Shown in pieces: positions 53,066 through 64,000 of a DNA stretch of 64,000 nucleotides. The position numbers and the translations under genes were made by a program. Where the stretch lies: NCBI GenBank assembly GCA_031272765.1, contig JAISTD010000123.1, forward strand, positions 323-64,322. The letters are read 5' to 3'. Position 1 is the stretch's first letter, and each line of letters opens with the position of its first letter. The stretch is from Candidatus Methanovirga australis. Its GTDB lineage: Archaea > Methanobacteriota > Methanobacteria > Methanobacteriales > Methanobacteriaceae. A model generated the notes under the pieces. That model did not search any database. It worked only from the letters and a program-made list of their open reading frames with translations, and was not told where the DNA came from.

Positions 53066-53986
53066 CTATTTATTATTTTTGATTATATTCTTTAAAATAG
53101 CCATTCTGACAGGAACTCCATTGAATGCTTGATTAAAATATTTGTTGTACTTCGTGTCATCGATGTCATGACGAATTTCATCAGTTCTTGGTAATGGATG
53201 CATAACAATTAGATTTTTACCTTCAATTAGATTTTTGTCGATTATATAAGCACCTTTTATCCTTTCATATTCTTCAACATCAGGAAATCTTTCTTTCTGG
53301 ATTCTTGTAACATATAAAATATCTAAATCATCAATAACATCTTTAAGGTCATTTGTTTCGTGATAAGATATTTTTTTTCTTTTGAGGTCATGAAGAACTT
53401 CATCAGGCATTTTCAGATCGTTTGGAGATATGAAGTGCATTTTAGCTCCAAAAATTCCAAGTGCATAAGATAAAGAATGAACCGTTCGACCATATTTCAA
53501 ATCACCAATTAATGCAATGTTCAAATTTTTAATTTTGCCAAACTCTTTTTTTATAGTGTATAAATCTAAAAGTGTTTGGGTTGGATGCTGACCCGCACCG
53601 TCTCCAGCATTAATAACTGGTACATCAACAATATCTGAAATGAATTTTGCAACACCCTCTAAAGGGTGTCTAATTACTATAGTGTCACTATAACTTTCGA
53701 ACATCTTAGATGTGTCTGCAATTGTTTCTCCTTTGATAATTGAACTTTCATCAATTCCTGTGAACCCAATACAATTTCCTCCAAGTCTTTTCATCGCGGT
53801 TTCAAAAGATAGTCTTGTTCTTGTAGAAGCTTCAAAAAACATTATTCCTAAGATTTTACCAAATAATTTATTAGAAGTCTCTTGAGATTTAGCTATCTTT
53901 TCAAGCTTAGATGCTTCATCTAATACGAATTTAATATCTTCTTTTTTAAAGTCTTTTATTGAAATTACATTTTTAATGTTAAAAAT
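53066..53986 (-). CDS. pyrB: aspartate carbamoyltransferase catalytic subunit
   Basis: Motifs [13 protein letters not shown] and HPLPR. The conserved N-terminus begins at ..NVISIKDF, and there is no ATG, GTG or TTG nearby. An SD GGAGGA sits 6 nt upstream of an in-frame ATT at 53986. The ORF-track start at 54109 would add about 40 junk-like residues. Confidence 0.9.
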   Translation of the reverse strand: MFNIKNVISIKDFKKEDIKFVLDEASKLEKIAKSQETSNKLFGKILGIMFFEASTRTRLSFETAMKRLGGNCIGFTGIDESSIIKGETIADTSKMFESYSDTIVIRHPLEGVAKFISDIVDVPVINAGDGAGQHPTQTLLDLYTIKKEFGKIKNLNIALIGDLKYGRTVHSLSYALGIFGAKMHFISPNDLKMPDEVLHDLKRKKISYHETNDLKDVIDDLDILYVTRIQKERFPDVEEYERIKGAYIIDKNLIEGKNLIVMHPLPRTDEIRHDIDDTKYNKYFNQAFNGVPVRMAILKNIIKNNK

Positions 53987-54277
53987 TTTACTTCCTCCAT
54001 TTCTATTTTTATTTTCTTTAATCAAATTATAGTACTTAACAAAATTTTTATAACATTTTGTTAAAAACTTTATTAAAAAAATACTATAATAATTACTTTT
54101 ACAATACATTATTTTTCTAAAATAATATTTTCATTAGATCTATTTTAATAAATTACTTGTTCATATTCATTTGTACTTAAGACTATTATTTTTTTACTTG
54201 AAGAATATTATAAAGGTTAATATTATTAATTTTGATTATTTTTATTTTTTTTTACTTTTTACAGATTGAATTTTGTA

Positions 54278-55009
54278 CTATAACTTACGGGCAAATAGTA
54301 AATAACCACTATGACCAACCATTCGTGTTTTTGGTCTTATGCCCTGATTTTTAACTTCATATTCTCTATTTAAGGTTTCAATGATTGAAATATCCTTAAA
54401 TCCAGTTTTTTTAAGAATTTTATAGGAAATTTGGATTCCATCAAGATAAACACTATAAATAGCTATCCATCCTCCAAGCTTCAATGAGTTATATGTTTCT
54501 TCAATTATTTCATAGGGCTTTATAAGATCTAAGAATACTAAATCAATATTTTCTTCATCAATTCCATCTTTAATATCTTTATTTTTAATTTGAATGTTGG
54601 TTAGACCGAATAGTTCAATATTCTCTTTAGCTATCTTTGCGAAGTCTTCTCTTATTTCATAGCTATAAACCATTCCCGTGTCCCCAACAACATTTCCAAA
54701 GTGTAGTAATATTGCTCCTGCCCCTGTTCCTGCATCAACAATTCTACTCCCTGATCCAACACCAGTATGGGCAAAAATTGTGCCAATATCTTTTTGAATT
54801 AAAATAGAACATTGTCTGTTCATTATTTCGATGAAATCATTTACATTAGGACTTATAATTTTAAATTCTTTATTAAGGTGGGTTATTAATTTATCTCCAA
54901 CATCTGATTCTTTAATATCTTCTTTTTTAATTATTCCTAAGTCAGATTGAAAATCATTTTCACCACTTAAAATATATTTTTTGCCTCTTTCATCCATTAC
55001 AAATTTCAT
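54278..55009 (-). CDS. trmI: tRNA (adenine-N1)-methyltransferase, TrmI/Gcd14 family
   Basis: SAM motif I IVDAGTGAGAI and DLVFLDL. The ATG at 55009 follows an SD GGTGA. Confidence 0.85.
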   Translation of the reverse strand: MKFVMDERGKKYILSGENDFQSDLGIIKKEDIKESDVGDKLITHLNKEFKIISPNVNDFIEIMNRQCSILIQKDIGTIFAHTGVGSGSRIVDAGTGAGAILLHFGNVVGDTGMVYSYEIREDFAKIAKENIELFGLTNIQIKNKDIKDGIDEENIDLVFLDLIKPYEIIEETYNSLKLGGWIAIYSVYLDGIQISYKILKKTGFKDISIIETLNREYEVKNQGIRPKTRMVGHSGYLLFARKL

Positions 55010-55147
55010 ATTTATCACCAGTTTATAGTTAATAGAATATATTAGTAATTACAAAAATATAATAGTTAAGTTGCTATTTTACATTCAATTAACTGATTTT
55101 TAATATTATTTTTCAAATCTAATAATTAAATAAACTCCATGAAATAT

Positions 55148-57463
55148 CTAAACCAATTTTTTATTTTCGTTTTCATTCTTGAAGTAAAGATATTTTTTAC
55201 TTAGAAGATCAATAATATCCTTAGCAGTCTTTTTTCCAATACCATCAACTTCTCGTAGTTGTGTTTCTGTAGCATTTATAACATTTTGAACAGTTGCGAA
55301 CTTTTCCAACAACTTTTTTGCAGTAACAGGTCCAATATGTGGAAGTGATTCTATGATAAATAGTTGTTGTTCCCATGTATTTGCAGGCTTTTTTTCTGTT
55401 CTAATTTGTATTTCAGTTTTTTTGTCATCGATCTGTTCTCTAATAGCTATTCTTTTTATCATAGCTGCAGTGTCTTCAGGATTTCTTGTGGGAATTATTG
55501 AAATTCCAAAATCAATAGCTATTGATGCTATTGAACCTCTTATGGCATCGGGGCTTAGGAATCCAGTGTAGAAGTCATCTCCTTCAAGAATCATTATGGG
55601 TTTTTTAAATTCTTCTTTCATTAATCGTGCCTGTTTGTATAATCTTTTATCCACGATAGAATCGATGAAATCCTTAGATGTTTTTCTTTCAATTGCTACA
55701 TCATCACTAACTTGATAATCTCCAACTGACATTGTTCTAATCTGAACTTCAACAGATATAGTGTCCAATCCTCTTAAAACTTTGGAATTTGTTTCTCTTG
55801 AGTCAGCATAAACGATAACTTTATCTTTTTTAGGTAAATTTTCTTCCACACTATTGTTTAGACTTTTTCTAATATCATTGTCTTTTCTTTCAATAATTTT
55901 TGATTTAACAGGTTTTAATTCATCAAGATTTATATCTTTAAAAGCATTAATAAGTTGAGTTTTCATTCTATTTTCTTTTCTAAAACTTGACCAGTAGTAT
56001 CCTTCGTCTCTTGTTCCTTCTGTAATTAAAACTTTCATTTTACCCTGATTTTTTCTACCTGTTCGACCTCTTCTTTGTATCATTCTGATTTCAGATGGAA
56101 CTGGTTCATATAAAACTACCAAGTCTACTGAAGGAATATCAATGCCTTCTTCAGCAACACTTGTTGATATTAGAACATCATGATTTCCAACTTTAAATGA
56201 CTTGATTATTTGTTTTTGTTCTTTCTGGCTAAGACCTTTTTCTCCGTTACTTATTCCTTGTCCATAAAACTTTACAGAATTAATTCCTTCTTTTTCACAT
56301 TTGCCGTGAATCATGTTTAAAGTGTCTCTAAATTGAGTAAAAACAATGATTTTTGCTCTATCTTCACTTTGACTATTTTCATAGTTAAGTTCTTCCTTTA
56401 AGATATTAATCAATTTTTTGAGTTTTGGATGTTCCCAACCATGTTTAACAGCTTGTTTTGTAAGTCTAACAGCAGTACTAAAATCAGGATCAGCAAGTAG
56501 ACTTTTAGATGCTTTCGTAGTTTTTGTTCTTAATTTTTCGAAGTATTGGTTAACAGGATTTATTCCTTGGGTTTCTAAGAGTTCAAGAGAATGTTGAATA
56601 CTAATTACTGCAGTAATCAAAGATATTACTCTATAACATTCTTTCGGAGGAACAGATGCTCGAGCTATTCTATTCTGGATCTGCCCCCTTGCTTTCAGTA
56701 TGTCCTTTTTACCAACTGCAACTGTAGAGAGTATACCTAAATTTTTAAGCATTTTTAGTCTATGTGTTAATGCCTTGTCAAGATGTTCTTTAATTTTATT
56801 TAATTCTTTACTCATTTTAACCTTAATCCAATCAATTTCGATGGGTTTGAAATAAGGTTTAACATCTTTATCTTCTTCAGTTTTAATGGCTATATTTTCA
56901 ATGTAAAGATTTTCACATATACTTTTAATTTTTTCACTATCAGAGCCAGGAGATGCAGTTAAACCAAGAATAAGGGGAAACTTTCCTTCATTCATATAGC
57001 GAGCAGCCAAGTAAACATAGGCATAGGATCCAACGGTGTGATGACATTCATCAAAGACAACTAATGAAATATCTTTTAGTGAGTATCTTCTGTTTAAAAG
57101 GTCTGATTCAACGGTTTGTGGAGTTGCACAAATAATTCGTGATTCATTCCATCGTTTTTTTCTTTCATCTGTTTTTACAGCACCAGTAATTGAAGTAGAA
57201 GAAATATTTAAGAATGTTCTAAAACTCTCTTCGTGCTGGATTGTAAGTGGCTTACTTGGAGATAGAATAAGTATCTTTGAGCTTTTAAATTTATTTAATC
57301 TGTCTGCAGCTATTAGAACAGCAATTATTGTCTTTCCTATAGCTGTAGGAGCAACAATCATCGTATTCCCACTTTTTAAAACATCGGCAGCTAAAATTTG
57401 TTGATAAATTCTTGATTCAACAGTATTTGACATGATTAAAGGGTGTTTAATATATTCAGCCAT
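55148..57463 (-). CDS. hef: Hef: helicase-associated endonuclease for fork-structured DNA (SF2 helicase + ERCC4 nuclease + HhH2)
   Basis: APTAIGKT, VFDECHH and QRRGRTGR helicase motifs, the ERCC4 motifs (VYADSRE, GDY, ERK) and a C-terminal HhH (GIGKKTAKDI). The ATG at 57463 gives MAEYIKHPLI. Confidence 0.93.
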   Translation of the reverse strand: MAEYIKHPLIMSNTVESRIYQQILAADVLKSGNTMIVAPTAIGKTIIAVLIAADRLNKFKSSKILILSPSKPLTIQHEESFRTFLNISSTSITGAVKTDERKKRWNESRIICATPQTVESDLLNRRYSLKDISLVVFDECHHTVGSYAYVYLAARYMNEGKFPLILGLTASPGSDSEKIKSICENLYIENIAIKTEEDKDVKPYFKPIEIDWIKVKMSKELNKIKEHLDKALTHRLKMLKNLGILSTVAVGKKDILKARGQIQNRIARASVPPKECYRVISLITAVISIQHSLELLETQGINPVNQYFEKLRTKTTKASKSLLADPDFSTAVRLTKQAVKHGWEHPKLKKLINILKEELNYENSQSEDRAKIIVFTQFRDTLNMIHGKCEKEGINSVKFYGQGISNGEKGLSQKEQKQIIKSFKVGNHDVLISTSVAEEGIDIPSVDLVVLYEPVPSEIRMIQRRGRTGRKNQGKMKVLITEGTRDEGYYWSSFRKENRMKTQLINAFKDINLDELKPVKSKIIERKDNDIRKSLNNSVEENLPKKDKVIVYADSRETNSKVLRGLDTISVEVQIRTMSVGDYQVSDDVAIERKTSKDFIDSIVDKRLYKQARLMKEEFKKPIMILEGDDFYTGFLSPDAIRGSIASIAIDFGISIIPTRNPEDTAAMIKRIAIREQIDDKKTEIQIRTEKKPANTWEQQLFIIESLPHIGPVTAKKLLEKFATVQNVINATETQLREVDGIGKKTAKDIIDLLSKKYLYFKNENENKKLV

Positions 57464-57882
57464 GATTTTAACTATTTTCTGATTGTATAAGTAATATGTT
57501 ATTTTGGTAGATAAGTTACATTTAAATTTTAAGTTTATATGTTTGAACTCTAAAGTTTGTATATTAACCATAATTTTTAACCATAATTTTCAAAATATAT
57601 GGATCACTATTAATTAAGTTGTTAGTAATTAATATTTTTTAAAAAATAAAAATATTTAAAATATAATTTTCAAAATTAATGAAATATATTCTCTAATTTG
57701 TTGGAAATAAGATATTTTAAATTATAAATTACAAAAAATTCCCCTAAGTCAATATAAATATTTATCGATGCTTTTTTAAAAAAACTAATGAAGAATTATT
57801 ATATACCAATCTTTTAATTAATCATCAAAAACAGATTCAAATATCAAATCTACAATTTCTATAAATCAATGTATTTTCTCAG

Positions 57883-59199
57883 TCAAAGACTTTTCAACTC
57901 CTGGGTGATATCATTAGCTTTTTCAATTGTATCTTTTTCATTTAAAACTTTCAGTTCTCTATTTTCCATTAGGATCTCTCCATTACAAATTGTAGTATTT
58001 ACATTAGAACCGTTTCCAGAATAAATTAAGTGAGATATTAATGAATTGGTGTTTGGAGTTAAATTAGGAGATAAAGTATCAATTAAAATCATATCTGCTT
58101 TTTTTCCGATTTCAATGGAACCTATTTCATTATCTAAACCTAATGCCTTAGCACCATTAATTGTAATTAATTTGAATGATTCATCGGCATTTAAAACTTT
58201 AGGGTTTGACGTATGTACCTTCTGAAGAAGAGAACCTATTTTAATCTCTTCAAACATGTCTAAATTATTATTGGATGCCGAACCATCACTACCTAATGAT
58301 ACAGAAATTCCTTTTTTAATTAACTTATCAATAGGCGATATTCCTGATGATAATTTCATATTACTTGATGGATTATATGAAACTTTAACATTATGTTCTT
58401 TGATAATGTTTATTTCTTCATCTGATAACCAAACACAATGTGCTGCTACTACATCATCTCCTAAAAATCCAATATCTTCTAAGTATTGAAAAGATCTCAT
58501 ATTCTTTGTATTTAAGATGTCATGAACTTCTTTTTTAGTTTCATTAATATGTATATGTAATTTAGTATCATACTTGTTAGCCATTTTCCTTGAATCTAAT
58601 AAAAGTTTTTCAGATGCTGTAATAGGTGAATGCGGTCCTAAAAATCCTTTAAGTCTATCTTTTCCTTTACAGTACTTAAGCAATTTTAGTGAATTTTTTA
58701 TTTCGTTTTTTCCTTTTTCTTCGTCTTCAAAATCGATCATGCCATAGGATAAACAACCTCTAATTCCACTATCTATGGTTGCATCACCAACATCTTCCAT
58801 AAAAAAGTACATATCGTTAAATGTTGTTGTCCCAGACTTTATCATTTCAATATGTGAAAGTAGTGCACCGTGATATACAATGTTGCTATCTAATTTAGAT
58901 TCAATAGGCCATATATAATTATTTAACCAAGAATCTAATTCTAAATCATCCGCCAACCCGCGAAATAAACTCATTGAAGTATGAGTGTGTGTATTTACAA
59001 TAGATGGCATGATAATTTTATTTTCTCCATCTATAATTTTATCAAGCCCATTCTTGGAGATTTGATTGGATATTTCAGTTATCCTATCATTTTCAATCAA
59101 TATAGAAGTATTTTTAATGGTTTTAATAGTTCCATCGCTATTAGGACTTATTAAAGTTCCATTGTCGATTAAAATATTTTTAGTTTCTATTATAATCAC
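57883..59199 (-). CDS. mtaD: amidohydrolase of the MtaD/DadD type (methylthioadenosine / S-adenosylhomocysteine / 5'-deoxyadenosine deaminase)
   Basis: HTHTSMSLFRG, HINET and SLGSDG metal-ligand motifs. The GTG start at 59199 overlaps an AGGTGA, so the exact start is uncertain. Confidence 0.88.
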   Translation of the reverse strand: MIIIETKNILIDNGTLISPNSDGTIKTIKNTSILIENDRITEISNQISKNGLDKIIDGENKIIMPSIVNTHTHTSMSLFRGLADDLELDSWLNNYIWPIESKLDSNIVYHGALLSHIEMIKSGTTTFNDMYFFMEDVGDATIDSGIRGCLSYGMIDFEDEEKGKNEIKNSLKLLKYCKGKDRLKGFLGPHSPITASEKLLLDSRKMANKYDTKLHIHINETKKEVHDILNTKNMRSFQYLEDIGFLGDDVVAAHCVWLSDEEINIIKEHNVKVSYNPSSNMKLSSGISPIDKLIKKGISVSLGSDGSASNNNLDMFEEIKIGSLLQKVHTSNPKVLNADESFKLITINGAKALGLDNEIGSIEIGKKADMILIDTLSPNLTPNTNSLISHLIYSGNGSNVNTTICNGEILMENRELKVLNEKDTIEKANDITQELKSL

Positions 59200-60010
59200 C
59201 TTTGACTAACTTGTTCTTTAACTTTTTGAACTACTACGAACTAAGGAGTTCGTAGTTTCCTAATCCACTAACTTATGTTAGTTTTACCAAATACAATCCC
59301 CGTTGAACCAACGGTTAGGATATTAACAGCTGCGTTAATATCCCCATCATGATTACTACCACAATTAGGACATACCCAGCTTCTAACATTAAGATCCATT
59401 TCATCATTTGATAGTTACATTTACTACAAGTTTTAGAAGTATACAATTCATTAACAATCTTGAATTCTTTACCATACCATCTGATTCGTATTCTAATTGT
59501 CGTTTGAATCATATCAATGTTGATAGCAGTAGTTTTAGCTAATTTTTTATTGAACAATCCTAACTTACTATTGACATCACCAACAAAAATATTATCAAAT
59601 TCTGCAACTATTTTATGAACATACCAATGTAAATCATTAAGAATTTTATCTTCCTTAGATTTGTAAGTTTTATTTAACTTGATTTTCGTTTAACCAATTC
59701 TTACCATTCTTAACTCTACAACTTAATTCTTGGTTTAATCTTACTATTCTATCATCTGATTGTTTTAAAACAATTTTACCAGTTTCAAACCATTAGATAG
59801 TGTAGCAATCTTTTAAACCTAAATCAATACCTACACTATTACCTGTTTTAGGTTTTTGTATAATTATTGATTTAGATACATTAATACTAACAAAATATTG
59901 GCTATTATGTTGTCGTGTTATAGTAACACTAAGTATTCTAACATCAATTGGTCTTGAATATTTGATTTTTATTAAAGTTTTTAATTTGTTAATCTTCAAT
60001 TTATTATTAA
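59200..60010 (-). pseudogene. TnpB (IS200/IS605 OrfB) relic with its 3' hairpin-rich end
   Basis: Pieces in three frames: KTLIKIKYSRPI...YFVSINV...VGIDLGLKD (59793-59999), [10 protein letters not shown], and then [34 protein letters not shown] ending at TAG 59268-59270. Hairpins lie downstream or at the 3' end: a 10-bp stem at 59233-59256, a 5-bp stem at 59268-59281 and a 6-bp stem at 59300-59314. Confidence 0.65.
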
Positions 60011-60188
60011 TTATTAAGAAATTAAATGAATATACAAAAATTCATCTATAGACTATTGAGCCCATAGTATTGTTGTCGAAGACAACTTAGGAACCGATAG
60101 ATTCCGTTCTTTTTGTTAATTTAGATAAATTTGTTATGATTAGAAATTGTTAATTCTATTTTATAGATTAATTAAAGTAAAAGATGAC

Positions 60189-60941
60189 TTACTGTTCTAA
60201 ATTGAAATGTCTATTTTTTAAGTCAATTTCATGTTTACATATTTTTATCATAATTTCTGCAATAATACCATCTAATATAATACTAATTAATGTTTCAAAT
60301 AATGTGTCTTCAGATGTGATTTCCAGTTGATTACTATTTTTATATATGTAACTCAGGTTATTACTATCATCGATCTTTTTTAGGTTTAAAACAGTGCTGG
60401 ATACTTTAGCTATTTTAGAGTTAGGATTAAAAGTTAAAAGAGATGTTTTACATCCCATAGCATTAGCATTTTCAACATTTACTAAATCAACAACTGTTTC
60501 GCCAGATTTTGATACAACAATCAAACAATCTTTTTCATTAATTAAGGGTGAAGTATATTCATTTAGCATATAAGACTCTAAATTTAGATGCACTAATCTC
60601 ATACAAAAAGCACTGCATATCAACTTTAATCTTCCTGAACCACTAAGAAAAATTCTGTCTGATGAGAGTATGATTTCAATAAGTTCACCAATAGTATTCA
60701 ACTCTAAGTATTTGTTGTTATAATTTAAGTTGTTAAGTATTTTTTTAATAGATACACTAATTAAATGAAATTTTTCATTGTATCCTGTAGCATCCATATA
60801 TTTAATATTATTATGATCTAAATTATAATCAATTTCATTCTTTTTAATGATAATATTACACTTGTTACATTTTAAGTAGGATGATTCAGATAAACCTAAA
60901 ATTTCTAATGGATGTTTACATTTTGTACAAATAAAAGTCAT
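60189..60941 (-). CDS. SIS-domain protein (6-phospho-3-hexuloisomerase-like) with an N-terminal zinc-ribbon extension
   Basis: CTKCKH...CNKCN ribbon in the first 30 aa. The SIS core is FLSGSGRLKLICSAFCMRLVHLNL...LIVVSKSGET... Confidence 0.75.
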   Translation of the reverse strand: MTFICTKCKHPLEILGLSESSYLKCNKCNIIIKKNEIDYNLDHNNIKYMDATGYNEKFHLISVSIKKILNNLNYNNKYLELNTIGELIEIILSSDRIFLSGSGRLKLICSAFCMRLVHLNLESYMLNEYTSPLINEKDCLIVVSKSGETVVDLVNVENANAMGCKTSLLTFNPNSKIAKVSSTVLNLKKIDDSNNLSYIYKNSNQLEITSEDTLFETLISIILDGIIAEIMIKICKHEIDLKNRHFNLEQ

Positions 60942-61085
60942 CTAGTTCCCGCCTTTTTATTTAATACTTTATTTTAAATATAATACATTATTTATACACT
61001 ATATTCTATTATATTATATAATTATTATTCGTTTTATTCTTATGTATGATTAAATTTTATTACAAGATCTAATCATCTATGATGT

Positions 61086-62168
61086 TTAATCATCCATAGC
61101 ATCTAATTTTTCTGGAAAATAGGTGTCAACAACATATTCAAGACCATATTTAGAAAATGCTTGCTGTTCTGCTTTTTTACCTATTTTTAACATTTTTTTA
61201 ATCTCATTTTGCCAATGCTCACTGTTGTATCTTGGATCTTTAGATAGTTCCTTCAATCTTAAAACATCAATATCTTTTAATTTGTCTGTTGGAAGTTCAT
61301 AGTTTACAATATCACTTGCTGTCACACCTAAAAATTTAGCATCAGGAGTAGCTAAATCATGATTAACATGGGCAAGTTTTGCACTGCCTGAAATAATAAC
61401 CATCGCTATATGAAAGCCCCATGGGTCTCCATCGTTACAAATATAAACTGGTAAATTCAACTCTTGATTCACTCTTTTTAAAAATCTTCTTGTAGCTCGT
61501 GCAGCCTGTCCTTTGAGACCCACAATTAATGTATCAAACTTTTTATATGCTTGTTCTTGAACCATTCTATGGAACATCCCCATGGTTTCAACAGCTATCA
61601 CCCTTCTAACATTATGATCAACAAATTCTACTTCATCAATTGTTGGTGATATTGTATAACCCGACTTTCCTGATTTCAATCCATTAATTTCAACATCCCC
61701 TTCTTTGAACACAATATCTCCATAAACTGATGCTCCATCTTCTTCAGGCATTAAACCTAAGTCTTCACGAGAGGAAGCAATACAAACTTCCAAATCCTCT
61801 GCAAGAATGTTAGATTCTTGCTGGTTTGCAAAAGGCATTCCCCAACCTTCACTAACATAATACATTTCCCTTAATGTAGCTGTTTTTTCAGTGTTTACAA
61901 GACTTTTACAGAAGTTAGAAACAAACATCATCTGTCCAATCTTTCGAATCTGCTTAACATTGCCAAGAGATCTTTTACCATACCTATCCCCTAAAATAAA
62001 ATATCTTTTATCCTTATCATAAACAATATTTGATGTTCCTCGTGATGGTACTTTAATAGATGGAATTTTTTGTTTATGAACATCATCAATGATTGTTTGA
62101 CCAAGACCTTTAAGTTTATTCATTGTAATTGTTTTTCTTTCACTTATATTCTTTTTAACTTCATTCAT
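61086..62168 (-). CDS. top6A: DNA topoisomerase VI subunit A (Spo11 homologue)
   Basis: REMYY catalytic-Tyr region and Toprim [11 protein letters not shown]. The ATG at 62168 follows an SD AGGTG. Confidence 0.95.
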   Translation of the reverse strand: MNEVKKNISERKTITMNKLKGLGQTIIDDVHKQKIPSIKVPSRGTSNIVYDKDKRYFILGDRYGKRSLGNVKQIRKIGQMMFVSNFCKSLVNTEKTATLREMYYVSEGWGMPFANQQESNILAEDLEVCIASSREDLGLMPEEDGASVYGDIVFKEGDVEINGLKSGKSGYTISPTIDEVEFVDHNVRRVIAVETMGMFHRMVQEQAYKKFDTLIVGLKGQAARATRRFLKRVNQELNLPVYICNDGDPWGFHIAMVIISGSAKLAHVNHDLATPDAKFLGVTASDIVNYELPTDKLKDIDVLRLKELSKDPRYNSEHWQNEIKKMLKIGKKAEQQAFSKYGLEYVVDTYFPEKLDAMDD

Positions 62169-62187
62169 ATTATGCACCTAACTTTCT

Positions 62188-63924
62188 CTACTCATCAAAA
62201 TATTGATCAAGGCTATCTGTATTTTCACTATTTTCAAGTTCCTCATCTAAATCAATATTTTCTCTGTCTTCTAAATCATCAACATTATCTGTATTATTTT
62301 TTTTAATATCTTCATCTCGAGCATCTTTATCATCTAATGGAGAAATTTCTTCGATTTTATCAGGATCTTCACCAAAAAGTTCAGCTAAAGCTCTATGAGT
62401 GACTTTTGATAACATATCTTTGTATTCTGGCACATCAGTTTCAGCTAAAATAGCTGCTTCTCTTAATATTACAGGCACATATTCTTCAAAAATTTTAGAT
62501 CTCATTTCTTTTTCTTGAGCTGCTTTTTTAGCCCTTATATATTTCTGTAATCTACGTGCAACAATCATTGATGCTTGTCTTACTTCATAAACGATTTCTG
62601 GTTCTGGTGCAACACTTTGTTTACCTGTAGATAAATATGGAACTTGAGTGGATATTATGTTAACAAACATAGTAAATGGAATATTTTCTAAGTCCTTAAG
62701 ACCATATCTTTTCCAATCCACAGTTTTAAGGGCTTCTGTGATAGCACAACTACCTTGGTCAAATGTTAAAGGAACTCTGTTTGCAAATCTCATTATTTCA
62801 GATTTTCTTTGTTCATTAACTATTCTTCCAGAGTTTCCACCATAAGCTAAACCCACTTCAATAATGAAAGCAACCCCACCTCTATATGAAACAGGTTTTC
62901 TTGTTGTGGCTTGAATAAATTCAGGTTTTAAAATTTCCTTCATTCCTTCTTCTATTTGTTCATTCCCAATAGGAATAAGTCCTGATGTAGGAGGAGCCAT
63001 AAAATTCATTTTACCTATAGCATGAACAATTTTTTCAGCTTCTTCCCATTTCATACTCTTAGGACGCTTGTTTAAATCCACATGTGTAATTTCTTCTATT
63101 TCCCTTAATTTTTTTTCAGACATTCTTGAAAGTGAACTTGCAAGTAAGCTTCTAAATCTTCTTTTATCAGTATGTTTTGCCATGAAAATTAAATCATCTG
63201 CAGTAACACCTTTGGGATGAGGTAAAACTTCTTTTGGTAAAATAGGAACAATATTTGCTGCTCTTTTGAAAATGAATTTTTCTCCTTCAGGGTCTCTAAA
63301 GATGATTTGCGCATGAGGATTTCCTACCATAGTTCTTCGAATATATTCAAATGCACCTTGTTCTGCTTTAGAATATGAGACTTCTTTAAATTGAAGTTCA
63401 ATAGAAACACCAGTAGAAGTTGGGATGAACTCTTCTTTTTCCATTAAAAGACCTTTATTTTTTTTAACATCCATCTTAAAAGTCATTTTGACTCCTTTCA
63501 TTTCCCCATTTTCAATGCATGCAGAAGAAACTTTCGCTGGTTTACCAGTAGTCATCTGAGATAATAAAACACAGCCACTACAACCTAAACCTTGTTGACC
63601 TCTGGATTGTATGTTCCTAAATTTTGAACCAGCGAACATTGAACAGTAAACTTGCATAATAAACTTTTCAGGGATTCCTGGCCCATTATCTGTATGTTTA
63701 AGTAAATAATGATCTTTTCCTAATTTTTGAAGATCTATCTTGATTTCAGGCAATATTCCTGCTTCTTCAGCAGCATCAAAACTATTGGTTATTAATTCAT
63801 GGAAAACCATTGTTAATGACCTAATTTTACCTGAAAAACCTAACATTTGCTTATTTTTTCTAAAAAATTCTGACGGTGATAACTGTTGGAACTCATTAAA
63901 AAGTTCTGATGCTTGTAATGACAA
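62188..63924 (-). CDS. top6B: DNA topoisomerase VI subunit B (GHKL ATPase)
   Basis: Bergerat fold motifs [15 protein letters not shown] and GQQGLG. The TTG start is 5 nt after an SD GGAGG. The C-terminal tail is acidic. Confidence 0.95.
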   Translation of the reverse strand: MSLQASELFNEFQQLSPSEFFRKNKQMLGFSGKIRSLTMVFHELITNSFDAAEEAGILPEIKIDLQKLGKDHYLLKHTDNGPGIPEKFIMQVYCSMFAGSKFRNIQSRGQQGLGCSGCVLLSQMTTGKPAKVSSACIENGEMKGVKMTFKMDVKKNKGLLMEKEEFIPTSTGVSIELQFKEVSYSKAEQGAFEYIRRTMVGNPHAQIIFRDPEGEKFIFKRAANIVPILPKEVLPHPKGVTADDLIFMAKHTDKRRFRSLLASSLSRMSEKKLREIEEITHVDLNKRPKSMKWEEAEKIVHAIGKMNFMAPPTSGLIPIGNEQIEEGMKEILKPEFIQATTRKPVSYRGGVAFIIEVGLAYGGNSGRIVNEQRKSEIMRFANRVPLTFDQGSCAITEALKTVDWKRYGLKDLENIPFTMFVNIISTQVPYLSTGKQSVAPEPEIVYEVRQASMIVARRLQKYIRAKKAAQEKEMRSKIFEEYVPVILREAAILAETDVPEYKDMLSKVTHRALAELFGEDPDKIEEISPLDDKDARDEDIKKNNTDNVDDLEDRENIDLDEELENSENTDSLDQYFDE

Positions 63925-64000
63925 ATTTAGCCTCCATATAAAATAAGTAATTTACTTAATCCATAATATGTATAATTGATTAGAGTACAGATTGAAGTAT

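Overview
This window is a very AT-rich archaeal chromosome segment. Gene content points to a methanogen of the Methanobacteriales type (Methanobrevibacter or Methanosphaera-like). The supporting genes are frhADGB (F420-reducing [NiFe] hydrogenase), a Fae-Hps fusion, the archaeal Spt5-L11-L1-P0-P1 cluster, topoisomerase VI B/A, Hef, archaeal-type ThrRS and GAPDH, and an AcnX-type dehydratase. I call about 45 protein genes. Nearly all are on the minus strand, and they are separated by unusually long AT-rich spacers.

I found no rRNA gene, no intact tRNA gene and no CRISPR array.

Many first-in-frame GTG starts in the ORF track lie inside the Shine-Dalgarno motif GGTG. The real ATG is usually 3-12 codons downstream, and I corrected those starts.

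The spacers hold at least three families of small non-autonomous elements (MITEs) with terminal inverted repeats and target-site duplications. They also hold IS1595 and TnpB relics and arrays of short hairpin modules whose stems covary.

Most interesting findings:
1. 5.6-14.8 kb: a bacterial-style partner-switching set (STAS antagonist, RsbW-type kinase, membrane PP2C) in an organism that has no sigma factors. It sits between two GH3 adenylating ligases and a MATE exporter that carries its own C-terminal RsbW-type kinase domain.
2. 48.4-50.9 kb: a ParA ATPase, a 144-aa protein that keeps only the N-terminal ParB-type LGKGLDAL peptide, and a dense array of CTTATAAG palindromic iterons. Together these look like a candidate archaeal segregation locus.
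3. 31.9-33.0 kb: a HEPN-MNT toxin-antitoxin pair bracketed by about 100-bp repeats.
4. Apparent single-T frameshift in the AcnX-type (phosphomevalonate dehydratase-like) gene, and a pyrB gene with no canonical start codon.

All functional calls rest on motifs read by eye and were not verified by any search.
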